Origin: an uncultured Planctomycetaceae bacterium | GTDB taxonomy: Bacteria; Planctomycetota; Planctomycetia; Planctomycetales; Planctomycetaceae | Reading direction: 5' to 3' | DNA length: 64,000 nucleotides | NCBI GenBank assembly: GCA_963976765.1 | Contig: CAXBME010000017.1 | Location: 62,001-126,000, forward strand | Shown: piece by piece, positions 52,601-64,000 of the stretch | Numbering within the stretch: the first letter of the stretch is position 1 | Layout: each line of letters opens with the position of its first letter | Notes under the pieces: model-generated | The model's input: the letters and a program-made list of their open reading frames with translations, nothing else | Told to the model about the DNA's origin: nothing | Database searches by the model: none | Position numbers and translations under genes: made by a program

Positions 52601-53660
52601 CGACAGGAACCTGGACGGTGCGCGTCGTTCGGTTGGTGGTGACCCGATAACGACGTTCGACGCGGTCAAGAACCCGGTCGACAACTTTACGAGGTCGGAA
52701 GAACTGCTTCGGACGTCCGCCGGGCAGTTGCAGAACGACCGTGCCGAAGACCTGCGTTCCGAACGCGTCGTCATCGGTCACGTTGATGCCGAGCTGCAGA
52801 TCGTTGGACAGGTTGACGTCAGTTCGGAACGAAACCCCGGCGGCTTCTTCAGCGTCGGGAGTATCGAAGTAATAACCACCGACGAATGATTCAAAGCCGT
52901 ATCGTCCGAGCAGCGGAGTCGGGCCACCAATTTCGGCGTTGAAGCCACTGTAAGCGGTTTCGATGCCCTGGACGGCTGTGGCTGTGATCGGCGTTCCGGG
53001 GACAAGCGCACCGGTCAATCGAGTGTTGAGAACGTTGGTCTCATTGCCCAGCGCGAAGTATCCGTTCGCGTGGACCGAGACCCATTTGCCGACGGACTCA
53101 AAACTGATACCGACCTGGTCGTACGAGTTCTCGTTGCCGTCGTCGTAGTCCCAGAAGCCTGAAACGCCGGTGATGCGGTTGCGGAAGTCGTCGTACCATC
53201 GCACACCGCCGCCGACGGAGCCGGAGCCGCCGCCATCCCAGCTGACAGCGCCGCGAGCGTCGAGGAAGACCAGCGAACTGGAATTTTCGAAGCTGAATGG
53301 CAACATCACGTTGACTGCCGATTCGCCTTCGCCGGTGCTGCCCAGCCACTCGCCGATTCGAGTTTCCAGGAGGAATCTCGGTCCGAGTTCGTCCTGCCAG
53401 ACGGTTCGCGTCGGCACTCGGTAGCCTTGCTGGTTCGCTGGCGGGATGTAATCCGGCAGGGCATAGGTCGGAACCTGTGCGACTCCACCGTTCGGTGTCG
53501 CCGTGCTGGCGACTCCGTCTGAACCCATTGGATCCGGTGTGGGAGGCTGACTGCTCACACGAGTGACGCCGTCCTGGCCGAAGACTGAGGACACGGCCGT
53601 CACTGCGGCTGAGGAACAGAGGAGTGCTCGAAAGAGTCTCGAACGCTTCTGGCTCTTCAT
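46638..53660 (-). CDS. Large inverse-autotransporter-like adhesin: N-terminal beta-barrel, parallel beta-helix passenger, DxNxNG repeats
   Basis: Signal peptide from MKSQKR; barrel motifs (GSVGGGVRWY, GFWDYD, YDQVGISFE, NGYF, VERRYRV); GTGSFDDPF; Asn-ladder repeats; about 25 EDxNGNGxLD units. Confidence 0.85.
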   Translation of the reverse strand: MKSQKRSRLFRALLCSSAAVTAVSSVFGQDGVTRVSSQPPTPDPMGSDGVASTATPNGGVAQVPTYALPDYIPPANQQGYRVPTRTVWQDELGPRFLLETRIGEWLGSTGEGESAVNVMLPFSFENSSSLVFLDARGAVSWDGGGSGSVGGGVRWYDDFRNRITGVSGFWDYDDGNENSYDQVGISFESVGKWVSVHANGYFALGNETNVLNTRLTGALVPGTPITATAVQGIETAYSGFNAEIGGPTPLLGRYGFESFVGGYYFDTPDAEEAAGVSFRTDVNLSNDLQLGINVTDDDAFGTQVFGTVVLQLPGGRPKQFFRPRKVVDRVLDRVERRYRVTTNRTTRTVQVPVDRLMIPAMGATGGAGTAIENVIVVDPNATTNGTGSFDDPFNTFVGIPNPSPNTLTLVRSGSVQGQYNLAGDSLLLSEQFLNSQIVMMTTPLGAFRFPGLDASATTPVWSNTAGNAPGTSLVNILGDNTEVAGFIFDGRTTTGLSNSIIQASGVQGVSIHDNNFRNYRNAINLQNVTGTIAAGNPTSIYSNLFLGSSGQSINGFMLENNGIGTLDLELGATEFNVVASSGSAMGNFASGNSGEDLNGNGLLDGGEDTNGNLVLDTGAGFSITARNRAVINARVVGNIAASETDVNGDGLLNSEDINGNGILDPGEDTILNVDTNGDGIVDATNGVLDFGDDINQNGKFDSGNGTGFVINAGATQSTINLMMRDNTADRNIGDGVFLAANSSVLNAGQLGEDVNGNGRLDTEDLNRNGILDGPEDINGNGILDLSEDVNGNGVLDAGEDTNGNGRLDLSEDVNANGVLDIGEDTVEDLNRNGLLDVNEDLNGNGVLDAGEDLDGNGVLTPNEDLNGNRILDAGEDTNGNGLLDTFEDFNGDGRLALGNGNGRLDLGEDRNEDFNGNGLLDPGEDLNGDGFLNRGNGDGNLDGGFIFVGNTITRNGRDGIRVESTNNANVDLRLITNVIGSAVDRSTGNGGIGLNVTADSGSVDLDMGFLYFEDVNLNGVLDVGEDTNGNGRLDSPFTTEANQIIGNAGGGVNFGLTGTAVGRITAIGNSIQGTGGGVLDFDIPVVGDTALTPFQFVNSSVDGVNITNLVWNLAPAAAQVDGATTPLTVLNGTGILTGLQSVNGNPVVNGNIPAVPDLATTVDLVFNSFNAVNGVIDPGEDRFRNVDTDGDGIADATNGQIDLGEDFATLTLNLDIDLANGTDPVFASDLLNSRIDVTFSTGQTVTGLLQADPANAANVTFIPDGTTLPASTGFAVSTAGNSVLLPSTILGNDILNFGGDGLSVRSTDEGNIQNLLVRANTITGNFGVGANFQTSSALNAQLTASMINNNLTGSTLGGIVATANGGTLTLNDIERNTLNGGGSGIRLSGSQSGVLTARITNNAISNSMIMDGSTGNGVEVIADRATVTLLELANNTINTNAGTGVTLRAINSGSLIVPDSEDLNGNGVLDPGEDVNEDVNGNGILDAGEDLNADGRLNIGNGNGRLDRGITTNSISNNAGDSFSVTATASSTAVRSNVSLGTVSNNQILFNTAGTGGFTVNGVNSNITGAFTRNFITGNPATNPTAGPGVLVSTTGGSFNIAVGGPDAADGNTISQTRGAGIAFVMSGSGTGALTIQNNTISGIVDDGDAQTTRVGDGISVSLEGSTAPGLATATLTRSEISDNVIGNATNANLGTAGSGIWVNAEQNTTVQDLLVARNMIGNAGNDNPALTTVPPSFISDAGIRFDRSGDSRFDAVNPRPGDTRAVVIDGNVVMNSGSATANSAVDGLQINVQNGLLDDVDFSVRNNTFSGSTGDGVQLNAQGDASLATDLTNNLIENNTLNGISLEGVELVNAFNDLESQGGTWIQNTIRNNGLNGIFIGGVSGDGIPLIIGQNGSDPFTGQSFGNVITDNGLDGIRIVSGGDVQINNNIIARNGEEGIDIEAVGIGFRSALIQNNAITNNAGTGIELLSGTTDLMTIVALGNTINDNLGRGVDVLNRSSGTANIQFGDGTALGMNTIVGNGFEGFYVVNTASAVQQQLSPSLTGGVLAQAALDASGSVFAQPDMILDLNRNIVSANNNANSASLFPGGGFSLRVGTSGSSTGVFGATNVADTTGDINGDGSGLGETVGVGANNALFGNGRVNARIVNNTFEGNLGDDVFMQSFISTVDPITGGTWDANQFTPANNYQTDPLARLNLVFRGNVGNSLNVTNTAASYNDADGTFKSRLNTATPGGPFPTANQFGAGRNAQRTQARTNEFGASLNPQTGPDINPATGVGRYQYPGVGVSTFRLESNFDISGFQSADGFIIDGGFFSTGTAWGLAAPNSFQFDAAFLGIAP
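50835..51410 (-). repeat. Tandem ~36-bp coding repeats (EDxNGNGxLDxG), 14 units
   Basis: Counted in the translation. Confidence 0.9.
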
Positions 53661-53819
53661 CAGAAGTACCAATTCTGTGCGTGGAAAGATGGGGTACCTG
53701 TCCCCGGAGGGAACGGTTCTTCCGGTTATTCGGCCAATTCCGGACGTCACGTTGAGTGAAACCAGCCCGCACAATCGGAATTTCCCGAAACACCGCTCAG
53801 GTTTACCCATCTTCACAAG

Positions 53820-53918
53820 GTCGGAGTGGGGAAAGCGGAAGTCGGAATCCGTCCGGAGAGGCAGTGACTGGCGAAGCATCGCTCGCGGCTTTCCGACTTC
53901 CCCATTCCGAAGTCCGAC
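53820..53918. repeat. Palindrome built from four tandem heptamers per arm
   Basis: gtcggag tggggaa agcggaa gtcggaa ... ttccgac ttcccca ttccgaa gtccgac. Confidence 0.7.
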
Positions 53919-54141
53919 CTCGTCCCAACCTCATCTTGAGCAGATCTGCCGAATCGGATATCCCCCGGCCTCGTCTGCGTCCCCGGTAGTCTCGATTCAA
54001 GATCGTTAGAACCACTGCCGCACCGCTGACAATCCCGTCATCGCTGTCGAACGCTCTTTCCGGCCGGAGCCACGGTGATTTGAGTGTTGGTCTGGTGCTC
54101 AGGGCATCGCCCCGGAGTTCCGGGCAAAGAGAGGCCCCGTC

Positions 54142-55647
54142 ATGAAACTGATCCTCACATTACTTGTTGCGGCTGTGTTTTCGGCAGCTCCGGTGTTCGC
54201 GCGCGATGTCCCGTTCGACGTGATCGTCAGCAGCGACAACGCACTGGTACGCAGCGGCGCCGGAGACAAGGACTTCTACCCAACCCAGAAACTCGCGAGA
54301 GGCTCGAAGATTCGGGTAGTTCGGGAAGGATACGGCGGCTGGTACATGATCGAGCCGCCGGAAGGCAGCCACAGCTGGATCCGCGCCGAGTTCGTGAAAC
54401 GCCGAGGCGCTGACAAAGGGATTGTCACCGAAAACACGGTCGACCGAATCGGCAGTCTGCTCGACCGGAGCAACCTGAGCATTATTCACAAGGTGGTCGA
54501 GGGCGAAGTCGTCACGATTCTCGGCACGGCGACGATGCGGTCCGGCGATAAACCGATCGAGATGCTCAAGATCGCTCCGCCCCGCGGCGAGTACCGGTAC
54601 ATCAATCGCCGCGACGTGACTCCGGCGGACGAATATCAACGACGACCAGAACTGCTCGCTTCCTCACAGACCAGCGGTCCGGCGAGCAATGGCCCCGGTA
54701 ATTCGTCGACGACGACCGGCCCGTTTGGTGAGCCGATCTCAACTGGCCCATCCACAGCCGCTTCGTCGGGTTCTGCCGGTAAACCCAAAGTCGGGGAAAA
54801 AGCCTTCGACTTGCAGCAGTCGCTGGCAGGCTCTTCTGGCGCCGGTCCGGCATCGCCAGGTTTTCAAACGCTCAGCAAGCTTCCGGACCAGTTGCCCGGC
54901 TCCGCGCGGCAGGGGATCGCGATGCCTGGAGTCGGCTTCGAAGCTCCGGAGCCGCTTGGTCAGGCAGCTATCCCGGAACAGGACCGTGCAGAAGTCGAAC
55001 AGGCATGGCAGAACGTGATGCAGACCGACGGGCAGTTTCGTCAAATGATCAAGCGTCCGGTCAGTCAGTGGAATCTCGACGCACTGAGACGGGGCTATCA
55101 GCAGTCTGCCGAAAAACTGGAGAACCCGTCTCTGAAACGACAGGTCGAAAACCGGATCGCCGCCGTCGATCGCTACCAGAAACTCTACGCCGATCAGATC
55201 GCGATCGAGCAGATTCTCTCCCGGACCGAAACTCGCGACGCCGAGATCCGGCAGTCGTACATGGCGAAGTGGCACTCCGTTTCGACGACGAACCCACCGA
55301 CGACTCGAATCCTGAAGCCAGCCGCCATCCCAAGCCCAGCGTCAACGCCAAATCCAACACCAGCCGCGACAGCCGCTGCTTCTCCAGCACCGACTGGCCC
55401 ACCCGCAAAGTTCGCCGGAGCAGGAGTCGTACAGCGTTCGGCTCTGTCGCGGCCCGGTTTCCCGTCGCACGTTCTCCTGGCGCCGGACGGTCGAGTGCTC
55501 TCGTACCTGCAGGCCGGCCCCGGCATCAACCTGGACCAGCATATCGGGCGGTCAGTCGGCATCACCGGAGCAAGAGGTTTCCGCCCGGAACTCAACGCCG
55601 ACCTGATGGTTGTCCGCGGCCTGACCCCTGTGAGGCTCCAGCCGTAG
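54142..55647 (+). CDS. Secreted tandem SH3-like domain protein
   Basis: Signal peptide; VRSGAG..FY...GWYMIEPP..S.SWI; second KIAPP.GEYRYI; low-complexity linker; coiled segment. Confidence 0.8.
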   Translation: MKLILTLLVAAVFSAAPVFARDVPFDVIVSSDNALVRSGAGDKDFYPTQKLARGSKIRVVREGYGGWYMIEPPEGSHSWIRAEFVKRRGADKGIVTENTVDRIGSLLDRSNLSIIHKVVEGEVVTILGTATMRSGDKPIEMLKIAPPRGEYRYINRRDVTPADEYQRRPELLASSQTSGPASNGPGNSSTTTGPFGEPISTGPSTAASSGSAGKPKVGEKAFDLQQSLAGSSGAGPASPGFQTLSKLPDQLPGSARQGIAMPGVGFEAPEPLGQAAIPEQDRAEVEQAWQNVMQTDGQFRQMIKRPVSQWNLDALRRGYQQSAEKLENPSLKRQVENRIAAVDRYQKLYADQIAIEQILSRTETRDAEIRQSYMAKWHSVSTTNPPTTRILKPAAIPSPASTPNPTPAATAAASPAPTGPPAKFAGAGVVQRSALSRPGFPSHVLLAPDGRVLSYLQAGPGINLDQHIGRSVGITGARGFRPELNADLMVVRGLTPVRLQP

Positions 55648-56166
55648 CCGGTACGAGGCCGTCTGAGTCTATCCGTCGGGTGTGCACCACCGTCTGCGGG
55701 GGAATCCGTGGATTTGTGTGTCTCGACGCGTCTTGCGAAGCTTCAGCAAAACACAACGTCCGGATAGCAAAGGTTGCTTGCGGTCGGTGCGGCAAAGCCG
55801 CAAGGGGGCGTCCCTCTCGGTAGACGGTTTTCACTTGCCGTCCGGCTCTCGAAGTACCAGTCAGACTCATCGTTCAGGCAGTTCACGAAACGACGTTGAG
55901 TCAGGTGACTCCGCTGTTGCTCTGCTGCCTCGCGACGTTGCCAGCGGCATCATCGCCGCAACTTCTTTCCAGCCAACAGGTTCAACGCAGAGGTTGGCCT
56001 CTGGTCAAGGTGTCGATGTTGCCACTCGGCATCGTTCCGCAGCCGTTAGCCTGAAACGGGCTACCGATCCCAGGATTTCCAGAAACTTCGTAACCTGCTT
56101 TTCAACAACAGGTTACAGCAAGACAGCATCGTGATGTCAAGGTTTTTTAGCGCTCACTTTACGTTC

Positions 56167-56182
56167 TGGCATTCAGGCTGCT
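56167..56182 (+). promoter_or_regulatory. Putative sigma54 (-24/-12) promoter of the pilin gene
   Basis: TGGCAT-TCAGG-CTGCT with exact GG-N10-GC spacing, ~90 bp before the ATG. Confidence 0.6.
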
Positions 56183-56272
56183 TTACACCCCTGCATCACC
56201 AACGCGAGACGCTGAGAACAACAGTTAAGCCTCGCATTACTTCAAACCTGCCGCCACGAAAGAGAGCACACC

Positions 56273-56575
56273 ATGACGAACATCTTCACAAAACTGATCA
56301 ACGACGAAACCGGCTTCATTGTTTCTGCTGAGCTGATTCTGGTCGCGACGATCGCGGTCCTCGGAGTCGTCGTCGGTCTTTCAGAAATCGCTTTCGGAAT
56401 TAACAACGAACTCGAAGACGTCGCTTCCGCATTCGGCTCGGTCAATCAGTCGTTCTACGTCAACGGCCTTCACTCTGAAGGTAAAGCCTGCACCGCCGGC
56501 AGCGAATACAACGACAGTCACGACAACTGCGACAGCCAGTGGGACATTGTCGGCAGCGGAACGCTGGCTGAGTAA
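56273..56575 (+). CDS. Flp/type IVb pilin-like protein (planctomycete type)
   Basis: NDETG/FIVSAELILVATIAVLGVVVGL; C-terminal Cys pair. Confidence 0.75.
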   Translation: MTNIFTKLINDETGFIVSAELILVATIAVLGVVVGLSEIAFGINNELEDVASAFGSVNQSFYVNGLHSEGKACTAGSEYNDSHDNCDSQWDIVGSGTLAE

Positions 56576-57089
56576 TCGACGAACCGGGTCATCGCAAAGC
56601 TGTCTGTAACCTTGCCGTCGAGTTGCCTCCTGCTCCACCTGTCTTGAGCAGGAGAACTCCGGCAAGGGACAAACGAAAGCGGACAAAGCTCTGTGAATGG
56701 ACATTGATCAGTTGCCGCTGAATCCAACTTCTTCTGAGCCGACATTCTCTGAGAATTTCCCAACGAACAACTGTGCTGACAACGAAATTTGAGGCGTGGC
56801 GCAGGTTTGGCTCGTGGCATCTGAGCAGTCGGGACGAATTGTTCTCTCGTCCCGGCTGCTCGCCACGAAGTCTGACAACCGCTGCCGCGAGAACAGCATC
56901 CTCACCAGAAAGTAGCTTCTGAAATCGAAATCCGTTGCGACACCGACGGACAAGGCAGAAGCGAGACGAGGCAGACATCAGTCTGGTCAGGTGAGTTCCC
57001 CAGACTTGCCGGGCTGGCTGTCCGATCCGCCCGTCTCTGGGGGCTCGGAACTGGCCTGGATCTCTCCCCCGGTCCCGTTCCACTTTTCG

Positions 57090-57130
57090 AAACGCCTCGA
57101 TCGGCTGCCCAACCGACCGAGGCGTTTTTT
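57090..57130 (+). terminator. Rho-independent terminator
   Basis: aaacgcctcg..tcgg / ccga..cgaggcgttt followed by a T run. Confidence 0.75.
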
Positions 57131-57338
57131 CTGCGCGACGAACTGGCCACATCCGGATACTGAGTCACCGAACGTCGATTGCAAAGCCGCCGAGTGTCCA
57201 TGACACTGACCCTTCCATTCGAGAAGCCACGACGTCCCGCGAACCGAACCGCTGACCGTGGACTACTCGTCAGTCAAGAATGCCAACCAGCTCTCGCCTG
57301 CTGCCTGGGCTGAACCAAAACTGCGGAGAACTGCGGAC

Positions 57339-60503
<3,165 letters not shown>

Positions 60504-60582
60504 GACCGGGAGAAAATCGGCAGGTTGAGAATTTCCGGCTAAGATTTCGCGACGACCGGCGAATCAGCGACCGGAGGAAAAC

Positions 60583-61026
60583 ATGAACCGAACTCATAGC
60601 GTACTGATTGGCTATCTGGCCTGGATCTTTGGCTTCACGGGGGCTCACCGCTTCTATTATGGACGACCGGTGAGCGGCACGATCTATTTTTTCACACTCG
60701 GCCTGCTCGGCATCGGGTGGCTCATCGATCTCTTTCTGATTCCGTCAATGAATCGGAGTTGTGACCAGCGATACGAACCTGGCGAGGTCAGCTACGACGT
60801 CGCCTGGATTCTTCTGGCCTGGCTGGGAGCGTTCGGGATCGATCGCTTTTACCTGGGCAAAGTCGGCACCGGACTGATCGAGCTTTCGCTGGCGATTCTC
60901 GTTCCGTGGACGTTCGGCCTGTCGGCAATTCCGCTGGCGCTGTTTCAGCTTTACGATCTGTGGACGATGAACGAGCAGATCAGCGAAGTTAATCGGCGAA
61001 TTGCTTATACTCGCCAGACTGCGTGA
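60583..61026 (+). CDS. TM2-domain (NINE) membrane protein, two repeats
   Basis: FGFTGAHRFYYG and LGAFGIDRFYLG. Confidence 0.9.
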   Translation: MNRTHSVLIGYLAWIFGFTGAHRFYYGRPVSGTIYFFTLGLLGIGWLIDLFLIPSMNRSCDQRYEPGEVSYDVAWILLAWLGAFGIDRFYLGKVGTGLIELSLAILVPWTFGLSAIPLALFQLYDLWTMNEQISEVNRRIAYTRQTA

Positions 61027-61171
61027 ACCCGTTGCGGCTTGAGCAGGTCAGGCTTTGCCTGACGTAATCATGATTGCTCTCGAACCATCATTCGTTTTCA
61101 GATTCAAAAGGAACATCCTTAGAACTTCGTCAGGCGAAGCCTGACCTGCGTCTGACGGTGAATTCACAAAG

Positions 61172-61666
61172 ATGGCCGGCAAGAAAAGTAAAAAGAAAAA
61201 GAACGACGTCGATCCAAACTCGAAGCACGTCTGTACGAATCGCAAAGCGCGGCACGAGTACAACGTCATCGACGAGCTGGAGTGTGGGATTGCACTCGTC
61301 GGCAGCGAAGTAAAGAGTATTCGCAACTCGAAGATTTCGATCGAAGAAGCGTATGCGCGCGTTCGCGACGGAGAGTTGTGGCTGATCGGCGCCAATATCA
61401 ACGAATACCCTCAAGCCAACCTGATGAATCACGAGCCGAAGCGTCCTCGCAAGCTGCTGGTTCACAAACGCGAGCTTCATAAATTCGCTGAAAGCGCCGA
61501 GCAACAGGGGTTCACGCTGGTTCCGCTCGACGTTTACTTCCTGAGAGGTCGCATCAAGGTTCGCATTGGTCTGGCGAAGGGTCGCAATCTTTACGACAAG
61601 CGGCAGAAACTTAAGGGTACGACCGATCGCAAAGAGATCCGGCAGGCGATGCTGAAGCACCAGTAG
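61172..61666 (+). CDS. smpB: SsrA-binding protein SmpB
   Basis: NRKARHEY, GIALVGSEVKSIR, RKLLVHKRE, GLAKG..YDKR. Confidence 0.97.
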   Translation: MAGKKSKKKKNDVDPNSKHVCTNRKARHEYNVIDELECGIALVGSEVKSIRNSKISIEEAYARVRDGELWLIGANINEYPQANLMNHEPKRPRKLLVHKRELHKFAESAEQQGFTLVPLDVYFLRGRIKVRIGLAKGRNLYDKRQKLKGTTDRKEIRQAMLKHQ

Positions 61667-61711
61667 TTTTACAGGTTCTGAACATCGTGGGGACGGCTGA
61701 ATTCGATCGGG

Positions 61712-62920
61712 TCAGTTGAACGCTCGCACGAGAAACCCACCCGGCAGGCGTTTGACCATTCGCTTCATCTCGAGCACGGTCAGCGTTGCGAGGACTCGGG
61801 ATGAACCAATTTCGGCGGCGCGGATGATCTCGTCCAGATGCTGGGGCTCGGACGTGACCATGTCGAGAATCTGGCGTTCCTGCCCGCTCAGTGTGAGTTC
61901 GCGGGGGCTGCGGACTTCCTGCTGATCCTCGGTCCTGACCGGTTCGACAAGCGGCCCCAACGCCTGAATGACGTCGTCGACGTTGCGAATCAGTGTCGCA
62001 CCGTCCCGGATCAGATCGTTGCAGCCATCGCTGGCGAAACTGTCGATGCGACCGGGAATCGCCATCACCTCCCTGCCCTGCTCCATTGCGTGCCGCGCGG
62101 TGTGAAGGGCTCCACTTTTTCGATTGGCTTCGATAATAATTACGCCGAGCGACAAGCCGCTGATGATTCGGTTGCGTTGCGGAAAGATCCCGGATGTCGG
62201 CTGTTGATCGAGACGCGACTCGCAGACGACGGCTCCGTTTTTTGAAATCTGCTCGGCCAGCTCGACATGCTCGGGCGGATAAATGTGGTTAAGCCCGGTC
62301 GCCGAAACGGCAATCGTTCGCCCGCCAGCCGCCAGGGCTCCGCGATGAGCCGCGGCATCGATTCCTCGTGCCAGACCGCTGACGACGGTGATCCCGGCCA
62401 TGGCCAGAGCCCGTCCGAATTTCTCGGCCTGCTGAGTTCCGTACAACGTACAGCGGCGGGAGCCAACGATGCCGACGGCGAGATTGTCGTGAGGTTTCAG
62501 TTCACCCCGACAGTACAGAATGAGCGGCGCGTCGCAGACTTCTGTCAGGTTCTCAGGATAGTCATCCGCGCCCATTCGCAGCAGTTGATAACCGTTCTGA
62601 CGGCAGGTCCGTACTTCCGTTTCGGCGTGATCCGTTGTCCTTGCCGCATGAATCAGGCGGGCGATTTTCGGACCGACTCCGGAAACCCGTTCCAGTTCGG
62701 TTAATGACGCCGCGAAGATGGATTCCGGATCGCCGAAGTAGTCCAGCAACGAACGCTGATGCCGGGGACCTATGCCCGGCACCAGGTTCAGCCGGATAGC
62801 CGTGACCAGTCTGGAGTCAGATTCGAAAAAATCTTCGTCGTGAGAATCCAGCTCAGAATCGTCGTGAATGCCGTTCAAGGTTGTCCGCCCGCCTCTGGAG
62901 AAGTGAACCTTTGAATTCAA
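61712..62920 (-). CDS. dprA: DNA-processing protein DprA (start may be TTG 62878)
   Basis: IVGSRR, VSGLARGIDAAAH, FPQRNRIISGLS, SGALHTA, C-terminal wHTH. Confidence 0.95.
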   Translation of the reverse strand: MNSKVHFSRGGRTTLNGIHDDSELDSHDEDFFESDSRLVTAIRLNLVPGIGPRHQRSLLDYFGDPESIFAASLTELERVSGVGPKIARLIHAARTTDHAETEVRTCRQNGYQLLRMGADDYPENLTEVCDAPLILYCRGELKPHDNLAVGIVGSRRCTLYGTQQAEKFGRALAMAGITVVSGLARGIDAAAHRGALAAGGRTIAVSATGLNHIYPPEHVELAEQISKNGAVVCESRLDQQPTSGIFPQRNRIISGLSLGVIIIEANRKSGALHTARHAMEQGREVMAIPGRIDSFASDGCNDLIRDGATLIRNVDDVIQALGPLVEPVRTEDQQEVRSPRELTLSGQERQILDMVTSEPQHLDEIIRAAEIGSSRVLATLTVLEMKRMVKRLPGGFLVRAFN

Positions 62921-63218
62921 ATTCTAACCACACAATGCTGATTCCGTCATTACATGCTGATTTCGGGTATGGCAGAACGACCTGGAACAAAATTGCAATT
63001 TCTGTCAATACGCATGACGGGTAAATCGATGAAAGCCGTATTGACCGTCTTTTCATTGTGAAATAGCATCGCGCGAATGCACAGGTCGGAACCAGTTGTT
63101 TCCAGGTGTGGCTGGGTACTTGCCGCTTCGGAAATCAGATGGTTCTTTCAATCAAATCTCTCCACATCCCTTCAAAACTGGAAGTCAGTTTGAGTCTGCT
63201 CGCAGGACGTGACGTCTC

Positions 63219-64000
63219 ATGAGACTTCGACAATCTGGCGCATCCTGGATTGTCCACGCCCCGGCAAAACTCAACCTGTTTCTTGAGGTTCTTGGCAAGC
63301 GGGCGGACGGTTTCCACGAGCTGGAAACACTCATGGTTTCGGTCAACCTGTTCGACACTCTCGTACTCAGACAGGAGTCTTCAACACAGATTTCACTACG
63401 TTGTCACTACTCGGGTTGTGTTTCACGAAAGGTTGCCGCTGACGATGCTTCGACATCGGATGGGGTTCCTGACGGGCAGGACAATCTGGCAGTGAAGGCC
63501 GCGGAGCTGCTGAAGAGAAAGACGGGTGTCGACAAAGGCGTCCATATCGAACTCTTCAAGCGGATTCCGGCCGAAGCGGGGTTGGCCGGAGGATCCAGTG
63601 ATGCCGCCGCCGTTCTTTTCGCTCTCAACCGGATATGGCAACTCAGGTTGAGTCGCGACGAGTTGCAAAGGTATGCATCCGAAATCGGAAGCGATGTCGC
63701 TTTCTTCCTCTCTGATTCTCCCGCTGCTCTCTGCCAGGGGCGAGGCGAGATCATTCGTCCGCTTCAGAAAGCTCCCCGTCTCCACTTCGTCATTGTCAAA
63801 CCGGACAGTGGACTTTCTACGGCTGACGTTTTTCGGAAATGTCAGCCCGAAACGAAGCCGCGAGGAGCGTCGAAACTTGCCGGGTACCTTCAACGTGGCG
63901 ACCTGACGAATGCGGGCCGCAGTTTGTTTAATTCACTCCAGGCTCCGGCAGAATCGCTGAACCCTGAGGTGGGAAGACTGATCGAAGAACTTGGCAGGCA
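63219..64000 (+). CDS. ispE: 4-diphosphocytidyl-2-C-methyl-D-erythritol kinase (partial; runs off the right edge)
   Basis: Not in the ORF track; manual translation APAKLNLFLEVLGKRADGFHELET...KRIPAEAGLAGGSSDAAA...GSDVAFF. Confidence 0.95.
   Translation, partial: MRLRQSGASWIVHAPAKLNLFLEVLGKRADGFHELETLMVSVNLFDTLVLRQESSTQISLRCHYSGCVSRKVAADDASTSDGVPDGQDNLAVKAAELLKRKTGVDKGVHIELFKRIPAEAGLAGGSSDAAAVLFALNRIWQLRLSRDELQRYASEIGSDVAFFLSDSPAALCQGRGEIIRPLQKAPRLHFVIVKPDSGLSTADVFRKCQPETKPRGASKLAGYLQRGDLTNAGRSLFNSLQAPAESLNPEVGRLIEELGR

Noticed and set aside
57130..57338. Possible T-box leader upstream of leuS
   Set aside because: No GGTGGNACCGCG T-box motif or specifier stem is visible.
61027..61711. tmRNA gene next to smpB
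   Set aside because: The flanking gaps are too short and no tRNA-like ends are present.

Overview
The window looks like a Planctomycetota (Planctomycetaceae-like) chromosome, judged from a DUF1559 gene, H4MPT-linked C1 genes, a planctomycete Flp-like pilin and the LeuRS type. Bases 1 to ~16.9 kb are an accessory region: a partial di-haem cytochrome c peroxidase, small accessory genes, a deletion-fused pseudogene pair, a complete Cu/Ag efflux cluster (TolC, Cys-rich ORF, lipoprotein, CusB, CusA, CopA), a di-haem lipoprotein and an IS630 remnant. The rest is mostly core: fwdD-fwdB-fwdA, mdh, rph, a uxaA-family dehydratase, a small surface-glycan cluster (Wzx, DegT, radical SAM/SPASM, WbqC, GT4, AsnB), a ~2300-aa inverse-autotransporter adhesin, a Flp-like pilin, leuS, smpB, dprA and partial ispE. 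The most notable observations are: (1) two AT-rich, in-frame, divergent segments inside leuS; (2) five intergenic palindromes built from triple heptamers, two of them homologous inverted copies; (3) an FwdB that keeps the Fe-S and Mo/W-ligand residues; (4) nested Ca-binding-type repeats in the adhesin; (5) a radical-SAM/aminotransferase/WbqC sugar module; (6) a Cys-rich ORF followed by an RNA structure inside the copper operon. All calls come from motif recognition by eye, and no database searches were run.
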